A stretch of DNA of 64,000 nt from a virus: the IMG/VR virus record IMGVR_UViG_3300005673_000094, positions 1 to 64,000 of that record; one strand, written 5' to 3'. The notes under the pieces were generated by a model. That model saw only the letters and a program-made list of their open reading frames with translations, was not told where the DNA came from and did no database searches. Positions 36,204-45,633 of this stretch are shown in pieces. The translations under genes and the position numbers were made by a program. Every line of letters begins with the position of its first letter. The stretch's first letter is position 1.

Positions 36204-38381
36204 TCACCCCGTCAGAGCCACGAGTTCAGAGTCTGCCAGATCGCGCGAGAACCACGCCACGCGACGGATGATGCCATTCACTGCCCCGCCAGATGCGCTG
36301 GCCCCCAATTGAAGCCGAGTGACTGTGGGCATCGTCGCCGAGGTGTCAGTACCAACAGCGCCACCATCGCGACTCCAGGCGACATCGTTGACGCGATACG
36401 ACATCGCCATCCGAACAACCTGACCAACGGCAACCGCAGAGCCAACCGCTGCAGATGCCTGGGCCACGCCCCCATCTGGCAGGAAGATTGCGGGAATCAG
36501 CGTCGATCCGATATTGATATTCACGCGCTCATTGTTGGTAGCGTCGTTGAGTTCCGCCAACGATTGCGTCGCGCCGGTTGTTCCTAAGGTCAGCGCATCG
36601 ACGAACAGCGTTCCCATCACCGACGCATCCCCAGGAAGTAGGCTCGTGGCAATCGTGATCGCATCCGCGTTTCTTGTTGCCGCAGCAGATGTCGTCGGGA
36701 TGTAAGAGGTCGCAGCGGAGCCCGCCTCAAGCTGAGCGCCCCAGACGTAGACGCCGGACACTCCGTCGCCGGTGTAGCCGGCTGCCGAGTTCGACACGTT
36801 TTGCAGGATGATCTGAGCGGCGACCGTGGTGCCACTCGGCCCGCAAACGCCGGTCAATTCGATCCGATAGACGCCATTGGGATATGGGACCACGCGGGCG
36901 CTGGCCCCGGAGCCAGTGCCCAGGTTCACTGCCGCAACCGTTATCTGGCCGTTTGAAGGATCGACATGAACACGAACGCCGTCCGAGCCCGACACCATCT
37001 GCGCGCGGACGAAGCGACCTCCGGAAGCCGGCTTGACAAAGAAGGATAAGGTGTTGGTGGAGCCGGCAACAACCGTAATGTTCTGATAGATGTAGTGGGA
37101 CCCGTTCGCCGTATCCTCGACGATCATGTCCATGGTGTTGGTGCCGTTGGGCGCGATGGCTGCGTCAGCTACCGAGCCCGAGCCGAACGCAAGGATGCCG
37201 GAGCGCAACCATGATGTCTGGAATTCCTGCGAGCGCAGCAGCAGGTTCGTCGCCGCTGGCTCGACCAGCAGCCCGAGCGGAACGCCCGTCAGCGGATCGT
37301 GCTGGTAGCGCAGGACGTTTACGCCTGCGGTCTTCAGAATCCGATCGCGATCGACGTAGGTGGCCGTCGTCGCTCGGACCTCCGTCAGCAGATCCTCAGG
37401 CTTACCGGCGTTCGACTTCGCGCCCGTCAGGTCATTGATCAGCGCCGAGCGCGACAGGAACTCCGCCGCAAACCCCTCGTCGCCGCGCAGAATGTCTTTC
37501 GCAGTGCGGATCACGTAGGGCGCCGCAATCGCCTTGCCTGAGGCCCGGAGGTAGGACACGACCCGCCAGTTGCCAGACCCATCAGATGCCACCAGCGCGA
37601 CGTCGCCGACGGCCGTCCTGATGTCGGCGGCGCCGGGAAGGATCAGCGACGTGACGTTGTAGGTCAGCAGCACCTCGCCGGAGAACCGAAGCACGCGGAA
37701 CCGGTTCGTGCCCGACCCGAACGACGTGATCGTGGTCGAGCCCGTGATCTCGATCCGGGTGGTGGTGATCGATGCCAGGTCGCAGGTCGCCGCTGACGCA
37801 AGCGTGGTCTCGGCGACGTTGAGCAGGGACTGCACGAAGGCCGTCGTCGCGATCTGCGTGGTGTTCGTGCCCGCCGTCGCGGTCGGCGACGTCGGCGTGC
37901 CCGTGAGCGGGGGCGAGGCCAGAGGCGCCTTGAGAGCCAGCGCCGACGTGATCGTGGCGGCGAAGTTCGCATCGTCACCCAGCGCCGCGGCAAGCTCGTC
38001 GAGTGTGTCGAGCACACCGGGAGCCGAGGCGATCAAGGCGGCGACGGCAGCCTGAACGAAGGCGGTCGTGGCAAGTTGAGTGGTGTTCGTTCCGAGGGTA
38101 GCTGTCGGGGCAGTCGGGATGCCGGTCAGCGGAACGCTGGCCAAGTTCATCTGCGCGTGGGGGAGTTTCCCGCCCGGCCCGAGCAGCGGAATATCGCCTT
38201 CCGCCGTGCCGACGTCGTATCCGAGCGTGGTCCCGGCCTTCGATTGGATGTAGGCCCACAGCGCCGACCACTTGTAGGGCGCCGGACGAGGCGAGTTGAT
38301 CGACGGCGCGGCCATGACGATGCCGTCGTCGCCCGCGCTGGTGTCGACGACCGCGCCGCCGTCCTTGAAGTCGAATGCCAT
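36204..38381 (-). CDS. Fibre/spike protein (paralog 2)
   Basis: Same architecture as 34016-36196. Confidence 0.8.
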   Translation of the reverse strand: MAFDFKDGGAVVDTSAGDDGIVMAAPSINSPRPAPYKWSALWAYIQSKAGTTLGYDVGTAEGDIPLLGPGGKLPHAQMNLASVPLTGIPTAPTATLGTNTTQLATTAFVQAAVAALIASAPGVLDTLDELAAALGDDANFAATITSALALKAPLASPPLTGTPTSPTATAGTNTTQIATTAFVQSLLNVAETTLASAATCDLASITTTRIEITGSTTITSFGSGTNRFRVLRFSGEVLLTYNVTSLILPGAADIRTAVGDVALVASDGSGNWRVVSYLRASGKAIAAPYVIRTAKDILRGDEGFAAEFLSRSALINDLTGAKSNAGKPEDLLTEVRATTATYVDRDRILKTAGVNVLRYQHDPLTGVPLGLLVEPAATNLLLRSQEFQTSWLRSGILAFGSGSVADAAIAPNGTNTMDMIVEDTANGSHYIYQNITVVAGSTNTLSFFVKPASGGRFVRAQMVSGSDGVRVHVDPSNGQITVAAVNLGTGSGASARVVPYPNGVYRIELTGVCGPSGTTVAAQIILQNVSNSAAGYTGDGVSGVYVWGAQLEAGSAATSYIPTTSAAATRNADAITIATSLLPGDASVMGTLFVDALTLGTTGATQSLAELNDATNNERVNINIGSTLIPAIFLPDGGVAQASAAVGSAVAVGQVVRMAMSYRVNDVAWSRDGGAVGTDTSATMPTVTRLQLGASASGGAVNGIIRRVAWFSRDLADSELVALTG

Positions 38382-38384
38382 GGC

Positions 38385-38978
38385 CTAGTCCCACTCGACG
38401 GGCACGCCGCCCCAGTTGATCCGTTCGCCACCCCACTCCAACGCATCCTCACGGGCATCACCGACCGTCGTCGACACCGCCGTCGTCGTTGCAAACGTGC
38501 GGGCGATCGTGCGGTCGGCCAGCAGGTAGGCCCTGGTCGTCTCGCCGCCGTCCGGCTCGGTCACCGACACCACGAACTGAGCTCGCCGGTGCGCCGGCTC
38601 CATCAGCACGGCACAGTCGGAGTTTTGAATGAGTCCCGCCTCGATCATCCACTCGACCGCGGCGTTGCCCTCGATCCGAAGCCCGATGGCCACCTCGCGC
38701 GTCAGCCGGCGTTGCTCGTAGAGCCACAGGCCCGAGCCGTGCAGGTCGCCCGGCACCTCGGACACGAGGTCGCCGATCCAGCCGCGGCGCTTGAGCGGAT
38801 CCGCCACTTCGTCCGGGCGGGCGCGGCGATCTGAGAAGAAGGATACGAACAGCGCCGACTCCAGCCCGTCGGTGGTCGCGAAGTCACGGCTCGTCGCGTC
38901 GATGACGAGGTCGTAGTAGCCGTGCGGCGTGCGCTCGTAGGAGAGATCGGTGTAGGTGACTGCTCCCGCAGAAATCAT
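38385..38978 (-). CDS. Baseplate protein, Mu gp46-like; N-terminus supplied by the TnpB element
   Basis: GLESALFVSFFSDRRA..RGWIGD..GSGLWL..R. Confidence 0.88.
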   Translation of the reverse strand: MISAGAVTYTDLSYERTPHGYYDLVIDATSRDFATTDGLESALFVSFFSDRRARPDEVADPLKRRGWIGDLVSEVPGDLHGSGLWLYEQRRLTREVAIGLRIEGNAAVEWMIEAGLIQNSDCAVLMEPAHRRAQFVVSVTEPDGGETTRAYLLADRTIARTFATTTAVSTTVGDAREDALEWGGERINWGGVPVEWD

Positions 38979-40070
38979 AGCGAGGCTCCTTCTACAAGCG
39001 TGTCCAGCCCGACACGGACGATGTTGAGTGCGGCGTTAACGTCGCGATCGTGGCTCTCGCCACAGACCTCGCACTCCCATCGTCTTATTCCGATCTCTGC
39101 GATACCTTTGGGGCCGCTGTCTGCACCGCAGACAGAACAGGATCGGGAGGTGTTTCGCTCATCCACCTCGATCATCTTCCCGCCATGCCTAAGGGCCTTG
39201 TACGAGAGTTGAGTGCGAAGCGTGGACCAGCCGGCGTCGAGCACACTCTTAGCCATGCGGGTCCGAGCAAGTCTCTCGCTCGATACGTTGCCCACGAAGA
39301 TCGTCCCGTGAGCCAAGGCGATCCGAGCGCTCGCCTTGTGGAGGTAGTCCTTGCGGCAGTTCGCGACCTTCGCCGCGATGCTGCGCGCGAGCTTCGTCTT
39401 GCCGGCACGCTGCGCTTTCGCGTGACGCTCGGCGTGCTTGGCGAGGTGTCGCGGGTTCTCGATCTTCTCGCCAGTCGATAGCGTCGCGAGGTCTTTCAAG
39501 CCGAGATCGATGCCGACGATGCTGCCGCCGGACTTGGCGAACGCCTCAGCCGGCATCTCGATCGGCAGGTTGATGTACCAGCGCCCGCGGGAGTCCTGAT
39601 TGAAAGACCCGGCGCGGATCACGGCGCCATCGGGCAGATCGCGCCAGTGCATCGTCTCGTAGATGACGCCGCGGAACTTAAGTTTTCCCGGCGCCACGAC
39701 GGTGACGTGGCCCTGGTTGAAGGGGACCCACCCGAGCGACTTGCGTCCACGGAATCGGAGCCAGGGCTTGCGATGCTGTTTACGTGAGCGGTCGTACTGC
39801 TGGCAGACCTTCTGGATCGTGTGCGCGTGCAGGTCGAGGTCTTTCGACGCGCCAGCAGTGAGGCGCTGGAGGTCGACGGCTGTGAGCCACTTGCGCCCAG
39901 CGCGGGCGGTCTTCTGTTGGGTCTCGTTGCAGTAGTTCCACACGAAGTTGACGGCGCGTCCCTGACTGCTCAACTCACGCGCATGTTTGTCGCGCAGCCG
40001 AAAGCGCATCACCGTCAGTGCGCTACGAGCCCCGCACTGGCGGACACCGCTTTCACCTTCTTGATCTACG
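38956..40070 (-). mobile_element. Transposase-less IS200/IS605-type TnpB element inserted at the start of gp46
   Basis: Left hairpin CAGTGCG/CGCACTG (40016-40039); right end ..GAGCAGTCAC; removal restores ATG ACA GAA GAC ATC TAC ACC GAT (MTEDIYTD). Confidence 0.65.
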
Positions 40071-40084
40071 ATGTCTTCTGTCAT
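38975..40084 (-). CDS. tnpB: TnpB RNA-guided endonuclease
   Basis: VNFVWNYC; GIDLGLK; IFVGNVS (RuvC-II E replaced by G); VDERNTSRSCSVC..CEVC; DRDVNAALN. Confidence 0.95.
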   Translation of the reverse strand: MTEDIVDQEGESGVRQCGARSALTVMRFRLRDKHARELSSQGRAVNFVWNYCNETQQKTARAGRKWLTAVDLQRLTAGASKDLDLHAHTIQKVCQQYDRSRKQHRKPWLRFRGRKSLGWVPFNQGHVTVVAPGKLKFRGVIYETMHWRDLPDGAVIRAGSFNQDSRGRWYINLPIEMPAEAFAKSGGSIVGIDLGLKDLATLSTGEKIENPRHLAKHAERHAKAQRAGKTKLARSIAAKVANCRKDYLHKASARIALAHGTIFVGNVSSERLARTRMAKSVLDAGWSTLRTQLSYKALRHGGKMIEVDERNTSRSCSVCGADSGPKGIAEIGIRRWECEVCGESHDRDVNAALNIVRVGLDTLVEGASL

Positions 40085-40485
40085 GACGGGCCCGCCGCGA
40101 GTGAGGCTGCCACCGCCGTGCCGACCGCGGTCGCCTCGGCATCGGCCAGGGCGAGTACCGCAGTCACCAGCGATGACGAGGTGGTCGAATACTGGAGCCC
40201 CTCGATCGTCAGCACGGCGTTCTTGAAGGTGCCGGCATCGTCGTAGCGGGCCTGCAGAACGAGCCCGAGCGGGGCGCGGCCGCCAACTGTCTGCTTGATC
40301 TTGGTCGAAACCAGCGCCACGGTGACGTCCACCGCGTAGGGATCGATCCCCCAGTTGTTGTCGGCGCCGGGGGGTGGGTTGATCACGCGCGCGGAAACGG
40401 TCCAGCCGTGAGTCGCATTCCCGAGGGAGGCGATCAGGTTGGTGATGAGCGTGTTCGACGCGGCCGGAAGGGTCGGGGCGGGCAT
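40081..40485 (-). CDS. Hypothetical protein
   Basis: Between PAAR and gp46. Confidence 0.55.
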   Translation of the reverse strand: MPAPTLPAASNTLITNLIASLGNATHGWTVSARVINPPPGADNNWGIDPYAVDVTVALVSTKIKQTVGGRAPLGLVLQARYDDAGTFKNAVLTIEGLQYSTTSSSLVTAVLALADAEATAVGTAVAASLAAGPS

Positions 40486-40492
40486 AATCGCT

Positions 40493-40750
40493 CTAGTCTG
40501 TGATGCACTTGGCGGCACCCGAGACGATGATCGCTCCGCAGGAGCACACTGACGTGATTCGGCAGTTCCGCCTATTGTTCACGATGGTCTTCGGAGACCC
40601 TGAAACCACCACCTGCGGCCCGTGGATGGCGCACAGGTAGATGTCCATGACCCGAGACGAGCGGCGGTTCTCATCGATGGTGTCCGGGGAGCCGGTCACC
40701 AGCACGCCGCCGTGGCTGCCCTTGTCGCCGATGCGCGCGTCCCTGGGCAT
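40493..40750 (-). CDS. PAAR-like spike tip protein
   Basis: ARIGD..SHGG..C.IHG..CSCGA. Confidence 0.85.
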   Translation of the reverse strand: MPRDARIGDKGSHGGVLVTGSPDTIDENRRSSRVMDIYLCAIHGPQVVVSGSPKTIVNNRRNCRITSVCSCGAIIVSGAAKCITD

Positions 40751-41145
40751 CAGGCGTCGCAGTTGATGAAGTAGATGCCCTCGGTATTGGTGCGCTTGTC
40801 GGCGCCGACCTTTTCTTTGAGTTCCGCCGTGGTGACGACCTTCGTGTTGCCGTCCGCGTCGTGCTTCACGTAGTTGGCGGTGTGCGGGCTGGCGAAGCTC
40901 GTCTCGCCCGCCTTCTGCTTGTCCATGCGCCGGGCCGGCGGCGCCATCACGATGCCGACCAGCTTGCCCTCGTCGCCGTCGAGTTGCATCACCAGCACCT
41001 TGGAGCCCTTGATCGGGTTCGACTGCACCCCGAACGGCTCGATGATCTCGATGGTCGCCTCGTGGCCGTCGGACTTCACCCGCACCAGCTTGTGCGGGCC
41101 CTTGTCGTTCGACGGGCCGACAACCGTTCCCCAGCGATTGACCAT
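40750..41145 (-). CDS. Baseplate spike, Mu gp45-like
   Basis: EPFGVQSNP..GS; position. Confidence 0.75.
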   Translation of the reverse strand: MVNRWGTVVGPSNDKGPHKLVRVKSDGHEATIEIIEPFGVQSNPIKGSKVLVMQLDGDEGKLVGIVMAPPARRMDKQKAGETSFASPHTANYVKHDADGNTKVVTTAELKEKVGADKRTNTEGIYFINCDA

Positions 41146-41148
41146 GCC

Positions 41149-42351
41149 TCAGTCCCCCTCGTCGTAGTCGAGCCGGTCGGGCCCCTCATCCTCAGGCTGG
41201 TCGAGTCCCTCCTCCTGCGCGGCGCGGTGCGAGCCTGCGGCCGCCGAGCCGATCCCGCCGGACGACCCACGCCCACCGCCCCCACCGCCGCCTTCGGAGA
41301 ACCCGTCCTTGTAGGTGCACACCACCTCGGTGGTCGCGCCGCCTTTGAAGTCGAGGTGCCACTGCACCTTCACGATCAGAAGCTCGTCGTTGATCTCGAA
41401 GTGATCGTCGCGAACCGGGATCACGAAGCCCGGCCACCACAGTTCGCCCGGTGCCGCCTCGAAGCCCTGCACGGTCGCGGTGTACTGAAACCCGCGCGCC
41501 TTGGCGACGTTCGAGCGCCACTTCGCAGCCTTCTTCGGCGTGCCGCCTTCCAGGCCCCGCTCGGACCGGTAGTGCCGGCGGCGCTGCGGCCTGATCTCGT
41601 CGTCGAGATGCACGCCCCACTGCTTCGACATCGGTCCAGCCTGACCTGGCTTGAAGTCTTTCTCCTGACCTTCCCAGTAATCGAGGTCGTTCTGAGACTT
41701 CTGACCAGCAACGGCGGTCTGGTTGTGCCGGTCTTTATCGGACTGCTTGTACTTTGCCTTGAGGACGTTGTTGCGTGGATTGTCCTCAAATGACTTGAAC
41801 AACATGCCTGGACCGCGCCGTTTCTGGTTGCGGTCGATGACGATATTGCCCTCGCCGTCCGTGGTGAGGACGCACTCGCGATTGCGGGCCCAGCGGTCGC
41901 AGAAGTTGAAGCCGAACTCCTGAATGCCGGCGACCGGCACCTCGGCGGAGCCGAACGGCGGCGGCGAGACCTTGTCGATGACCTTGAGGTCGAGCCCCAT
42001 CTTCTTGGTCGTGCGCTCGATCACCTGCTTCAAGGTGACGGGCGGCTTCAACTCGACACCGGGGCCAACGGTCGAGTCGATGAAGTCCTGCGTCTTGTCC
42101 CGGAAGGAGAAGTTGATCGCGTGGTCCTTCCAACCGTGGCTCGCGTCGACCTCGTTGATGAACCCGGTGACCACCGGCCGCCCCATCAGGATCAACTGCG
42201 CGGGCATGCCGAGCTTGGCCGGGAACACCTGCCCTGGAAGCTCGGAGATCGTGATCCTGGCCGACCCCTCGACCTTGTCGAAGGACTGCTCGGCCTTGAT
42301 GTCGAGCGTGCCGGCGTAGGCCTGGCCGTCGAGCATGACGATGGCGCGCAT
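41149..42351 (-). CDS. Baseplate hub, Mu gp44 (gpP)-like
   Basis: RDKTQDFIDS; LTTDGEGNIV; LWWPG..V.D. Confidence 0.85.
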   Translation of the reverse strand: MRAIVMLDGQAYAGTLDIKAEQSFDKVEGSARITISELPGQVFPAKLGMPAQLILMGRPVVTGFINEVDASHGWKDHAINFSFRDKTQDFIDSTVGPGVELKPPVTLKQVIERTTKKMGLDLKVIDKVSPPPFGSAEVPVAGIQEFGFNFCDRWARNRECVLTTDGEGNIVIDRNQKRRGPGMLFKSFEDNPRNNVLKAKYKQSDKDRHNQTAVAGQKSQNDLDYWEGQEKDFKPGQAGPMSKQWGVHLDDEIRPQRRRHYRSERGLEGGTPKKAAKWRSNVAKARGFQYTATVQGFEAAPGELWWPGFVIPVRDDHFEINDELLIVKVQWHLDFKGGATTEVVCTYKDGFSEGGGGGGGRGSSGGIGSAAAGSHRAAQEEGLDQPEDEGPDRLDYDEGD

Positions 42352-42352
42352 G

Positions 42353-43522
42353 TCAGCGCACCATCAGGATGGTGGTCGGCCCGGCCATCTGAATCGGGTT
42401 GGTCTCAGGGTTGAGATCGATGATCGTCTGCTGATCGCGGTCCGTGTCGTAGAGCATGTAGCAGACGAGCGAGGCGGGCAGCCGGTTGACTTGAATCACC
42501 TCGGTGTTCGGCAGCCTGACCGCGGCGTCGCGGAGCACCTCCGATGTGGCGATCACGATCTCGCGGACGCGGCGCGTGATCTCCTCCGGCAGATCGCGCT
42601 CCTGAATCTCCTCCCACCGGCGGATCAGGTCGGCCTCGTCGGCTTCGACCTCGTCCGACGTGCGATAGGCGCGAACGGCGCAGGACTGGCACAGCAGGAT
42701 GAACGCGTTGACCTCGGTCCACTGCGCCACCGTCATCAACGCTTGGCGACGGGCCTGCAACTGGAACGTCGTCGTCACGATCGCGGCGGCGAGATCGACC
42801 TCTGCGCCGGCTGCGTCCATCACGTCGCGGTAGGCCAGCACCAACTGCTCGGGGGAGTAGGTCTCCTCGTTGTCCATCGGCGCCTGGAACATCTGCTCCA
42901 TGCGCTCGGCGAGCAGTTCGGGCTGATCGACGTAGGCGGCCGCGTCGCTGGCCAGACGAGATCCGACTACCGATCCCGAGAACGCCGACACCGCGCTTGA
43001 CGCGATCGCGGTCACCGCGTCGGCGATCTGATCGCGAGACGACAGGATCGACTCGACCTGGCCGTAGGTGGTGACGAAGGCCGCGTACAGCGCCGAGACC
43101 GCCGATCCGGCGAGGCTCGACACCACCGCGGAGACGCCAGAGACGAGAGAGGTCAGCGGCGGCCCGGTGACCTTGAACTTGATCTCCAGCGTGATCACGC
43201 CGGCGTTGGCGTCGGTCCGCTCGCCCTTGTAGGGGCCGCACACGGCGACGAACCTCGACCCGAAGTAGGGGTGTTTGAGAGTGCCGGGGCCGGGCGTGTT
43301 GAGCGCGCTTTTGAGCCGGCGCAGTTTGGCCGGGAGGTTGGCCCCGTGCAGAATCGCGGTGACCGAGAACTCCTCCGGAAACTTCCCGTTGTCCTCCATG
43401 TAGTGCATGGACGAGTCGGGGTAGAGGTGATCGATCGTGTTGCGGCCGTCCTCGAAGCTGTCCTTCGGGACGAGGAATGACGCGCCGCGGAACGAGGCGG
43501 GCTGCAGGTCGGAGAGCAGCAT
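42353..43522 (-). CDS. DNA circularization protein, Mu gp43-like
   Basis: LQPASFRGASF..GR..HLYP..ED.G; PGPGTLKHPYFG. Confidence 0.9.
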   Translation of the reverse strand: MLLSDLQPASFRGASFLVPKDSFEDGRNTIDHLYPDSSMHYMEDNGKFPEEFSVTAILHGANLPAKLRRLKSALNTPGPGTLKHPYFGSRFVAVCGPYKGERTDANAGVITLEIKFKVTGPPLTSLVSGVSAVVSSLAGSAVSALYAAFVTTYGQVESILSSRDQIADAVTAIASSAVSAFSGSVVGSRLASDAAAYVDQPELLAERMEQMFQAPMDNEETYSPEQLVLAYRDVMDAAGAEVDLAAAIVTTTFQLQARRQALMTVAQWTEVNAFILLCQSCAVRAYRTSDEVEADEADLIRRWEEIQERDLPEEITRRVREIVIATSEVLRDAAVRLPNTEVIQVNRLPASLVCYMLYDTDRDQQTIIDLNPETNPIQMAGPTTILMVR

Positions 43523-43533
43523 GTCTCAGTCCC

Positions 43534-45564
43534 TCACTCTGCCCAGCCCCGGGTCGATCCACCGCCCGACTGCGCCGTCGACTGGCCGCGAGCCGGGTTG
43601 GCCTGCAAGCTAACCGAGTCGGGGCCGCCAAGGGGACCGTTGTATTGGATGGCGATGCTGGCCGGTTGGAAGGTGACCGGGTCGACGGTCACGTGCGCGT
43701 TCATCGCCTGGGGGACTGGGCTCGCGGAACTGAACGGAGACGGGCCCCAATTGGGGTCGGTTCCCGTGACCCTGTCCCACAACCCAAGCGGCGCAGGCTG
43801 CCCAAGCGGCCCGAAGCTCTGGCGCGGGTCGTAAAAGCGCGTTGCGGCGTCGGCCATGCGGCGGGCATGGTCGGACAGGACCGGCATGCCAAGCGTGCCA
43901 GCATCAGCGGCTCCACCTGACCGCTGCTCAATGAAGTTGCCGCCGAACGGGTTACTGTTGCTCTTGTTGGCCATGCCCCAGAGCCACTTCAGCCAGTCGG
44001 GCGCCTCGGGGAAGGCAATGTCGACCGTGATCTTCTCCAACAAAAGATCCTTGAGCTTTGGCCAGTTGTCGTAGAGCCAGTAGAGCGATGCGATGCCCGC
44101 GACCGCGATAGTGATCGCCACCGCTATCCCGCTGAAAGCGAGCAGACCGCCGATGGCGCGGACCGCCACACCGGCCGCACCACCGAGCCCTAGAAGTCGC
44201 GTCGTCAGAAGTCCGATGCCAGCAAGCGTTGCGCCAGCCGCAAGTGTCGTGGCGCCGGCGCCGATGTAGCCCAGGATGTCCTTGTTGTTGCCGAGCCGCT
44301 CCAGCGCGTCCGCCAGTCCGGACACCCACGGAGTCAGCACCGGCAGGGCGCCCTTGCCGAGTTGGACCAGCACGAAGTCCCACGCCTCGCGGACGCGGGC
44401 CATCTGCTTGACCATCGAGTCCATGCGCGCGTTGAACTCTTGATCGACGGATCCGGCCGCCAGAGTTCTCCCCTGAGGAGTGAGGCGCAACAGGCGCTCC
44501 AACTCGTCGGGCCTCGTCTGGCGCAGCCACTCGACCCACTTCGGGTCCTTCAAGAACTTCTTGGCCCACTCGACCGACGTCGAGGCGAGGGCATACTTGA
44601 ACTTGTTCAACTGGCCCGACATGGCGACAAGCTGCCGAGCGGCGCGCTGATCGCCCAACATGGCGCCGAGAGACCCGATCGCCTTGTTCTTGTCTGGGAT
44701 CGAGGCGACCTTCTCCATCAGCTTGAGCATGCCGGCGACGCGGCCCTCTTTGGCGACGGTCCGGTCGAAGTCCTTGATGTCCCAGCCCATGGCCTTGAAG
44801 GCCTTCATGCCCTGCTTGGTCCGGGCTTTGGTCATCATGCGCCAGATCGAGGCCGAGGCCTGCGTGCCTTCCATCGATCCCGACACCCCAGCAGAGATAG
44901 CGGTCGCGCCCCACGCCGCCGCCTCGTGCGCGTTGAGCCCGGTCTGGTTCATGATGTTGCCGGCGCGCTGGAAGAACTTCAGCATCTCCATCGGCTTGGC
45001 GCCGGCGATGTTCTGGCCGAGGTAGTTGATGGAGTCGGCTACGCCCACCATGCGCTTCTGCGCCTCTTCGGCGCTGAGATTGCCGAAGAACTGGCCGGTG
45101 ATCCGGCCCATCGTCTCGCCGGCAAACGACGCCGACACGCCGTCCCAGGCCACCGCCACCTTGGTGACGGTTTCAGCAAACTGCGACAGCGCCTCGGTGC
45201 CGCGGATACCCATGCGCGCGCCGCCAGCGAAGATGTCGGCGATGTTCTCCTTGGTCTCGCCGGACCAGATCGCGAGCCGCTGGACCTCCTTGCCCATGGC
45301 CCACATGGTCTCTTTCGTCATGTCCGGAACGACCTTCCGGACCTCGGCCATCTTGTCCTCGAACTTCGCGGCTTCCTTGACGGCCGCCACGAACAGTCCC
45401 CCGAGCGCCGCACCACCGGCCGCCCCGACCACACCCAGCGCGGCAGCAGCGGTGCCGGCCTTGGTCAGCGCGCCGTGCATGGCGGTCGCGGCCGCCGTGG
45501 CCGCTGTGAGAGAGCCAAGATTGGCCGTCGCAAACCGGAAAAGGTAATTGATCGAGTAGTTCAC
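43534..45564 (-). CDS. Tape measure protein
   Basis: AAKFEDKMAEVRKV core; TM region; position. Confidence 0.9.
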   Translation of the reverse strand: MNYSINYLFRFATANLGSLTAATAAATAMHGALTKAGTAAAALGVVGAAGGAALGGLFVAAVKEAAKFEDKMAEVRKVVPDMTKETMWAMGKEVQRLAIWSGETKENIADIFAGGARMGIRGTEALSQFAETVTKVAVAWDGVSASFAGETMGRITGQFFGNLSAEEAQKRMVGVADSINYLGQNIAGAKPMEMLKFFQRAGNIMNQTGLNAHEAAAWGATAISAGVSGSMEGTQASASIWRMMTKARTKQGMKAFKAMGWDIKDFDRTVAKEGRVAGMLKLMEKVASIPDKNKAIGSLGAMLGDQRAARQLVAMSGQLNKFKYALASTSVEWAKKFLKDPKWVEWLRQTRPDELERLLRLTPQGRTLAAGSVDQEFNARMDSMVKQMARVREAWDFVLVQLGKGALPVLTPWVSGLADALERLGNNKDILGYIGAGATTLAAGATLAGIGLLTTRLLGLGGAAGVAVRAIGGLLAFSGIAVAITIAVAGIASLYWLYDNWPKLKDLLLEKITVDIAFPEAPDWLKWLWGMANKSNSNPFGGNFIEQRSGGAADAGTLGMPVLSDHARRMADAATRFYDPRQSFGPLGQPAPLGLWDRVTGTDPNWGPSPFSSASPVPQAMNAHVTVDPVTFQPASIAIQYNGPLGGPDSVSLQANPARGQSTAQSGGGSTRGWAE

Positions 45565-45633
45565 GGCCGGCCTCCGAAACGCAAGCGGCCCGCGCACCGG
45601 GAGGTGGCGGGCCGTTCGTTCGTGGTGGTGTCG

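Noticed and set aside
33203-38381. Diversity-generating retroelement (TR/VR pair)
   Set aside because: No reverse transcriptase in the window and differences between paralogs are not adenine-restricted.
38956-40070. IStron (group I intron-IS hybrid)
   Set aside because: Only about 60 nt precede the TnpB core, leaving no room for a ribozyme; re-initiation explains gp46 expression.
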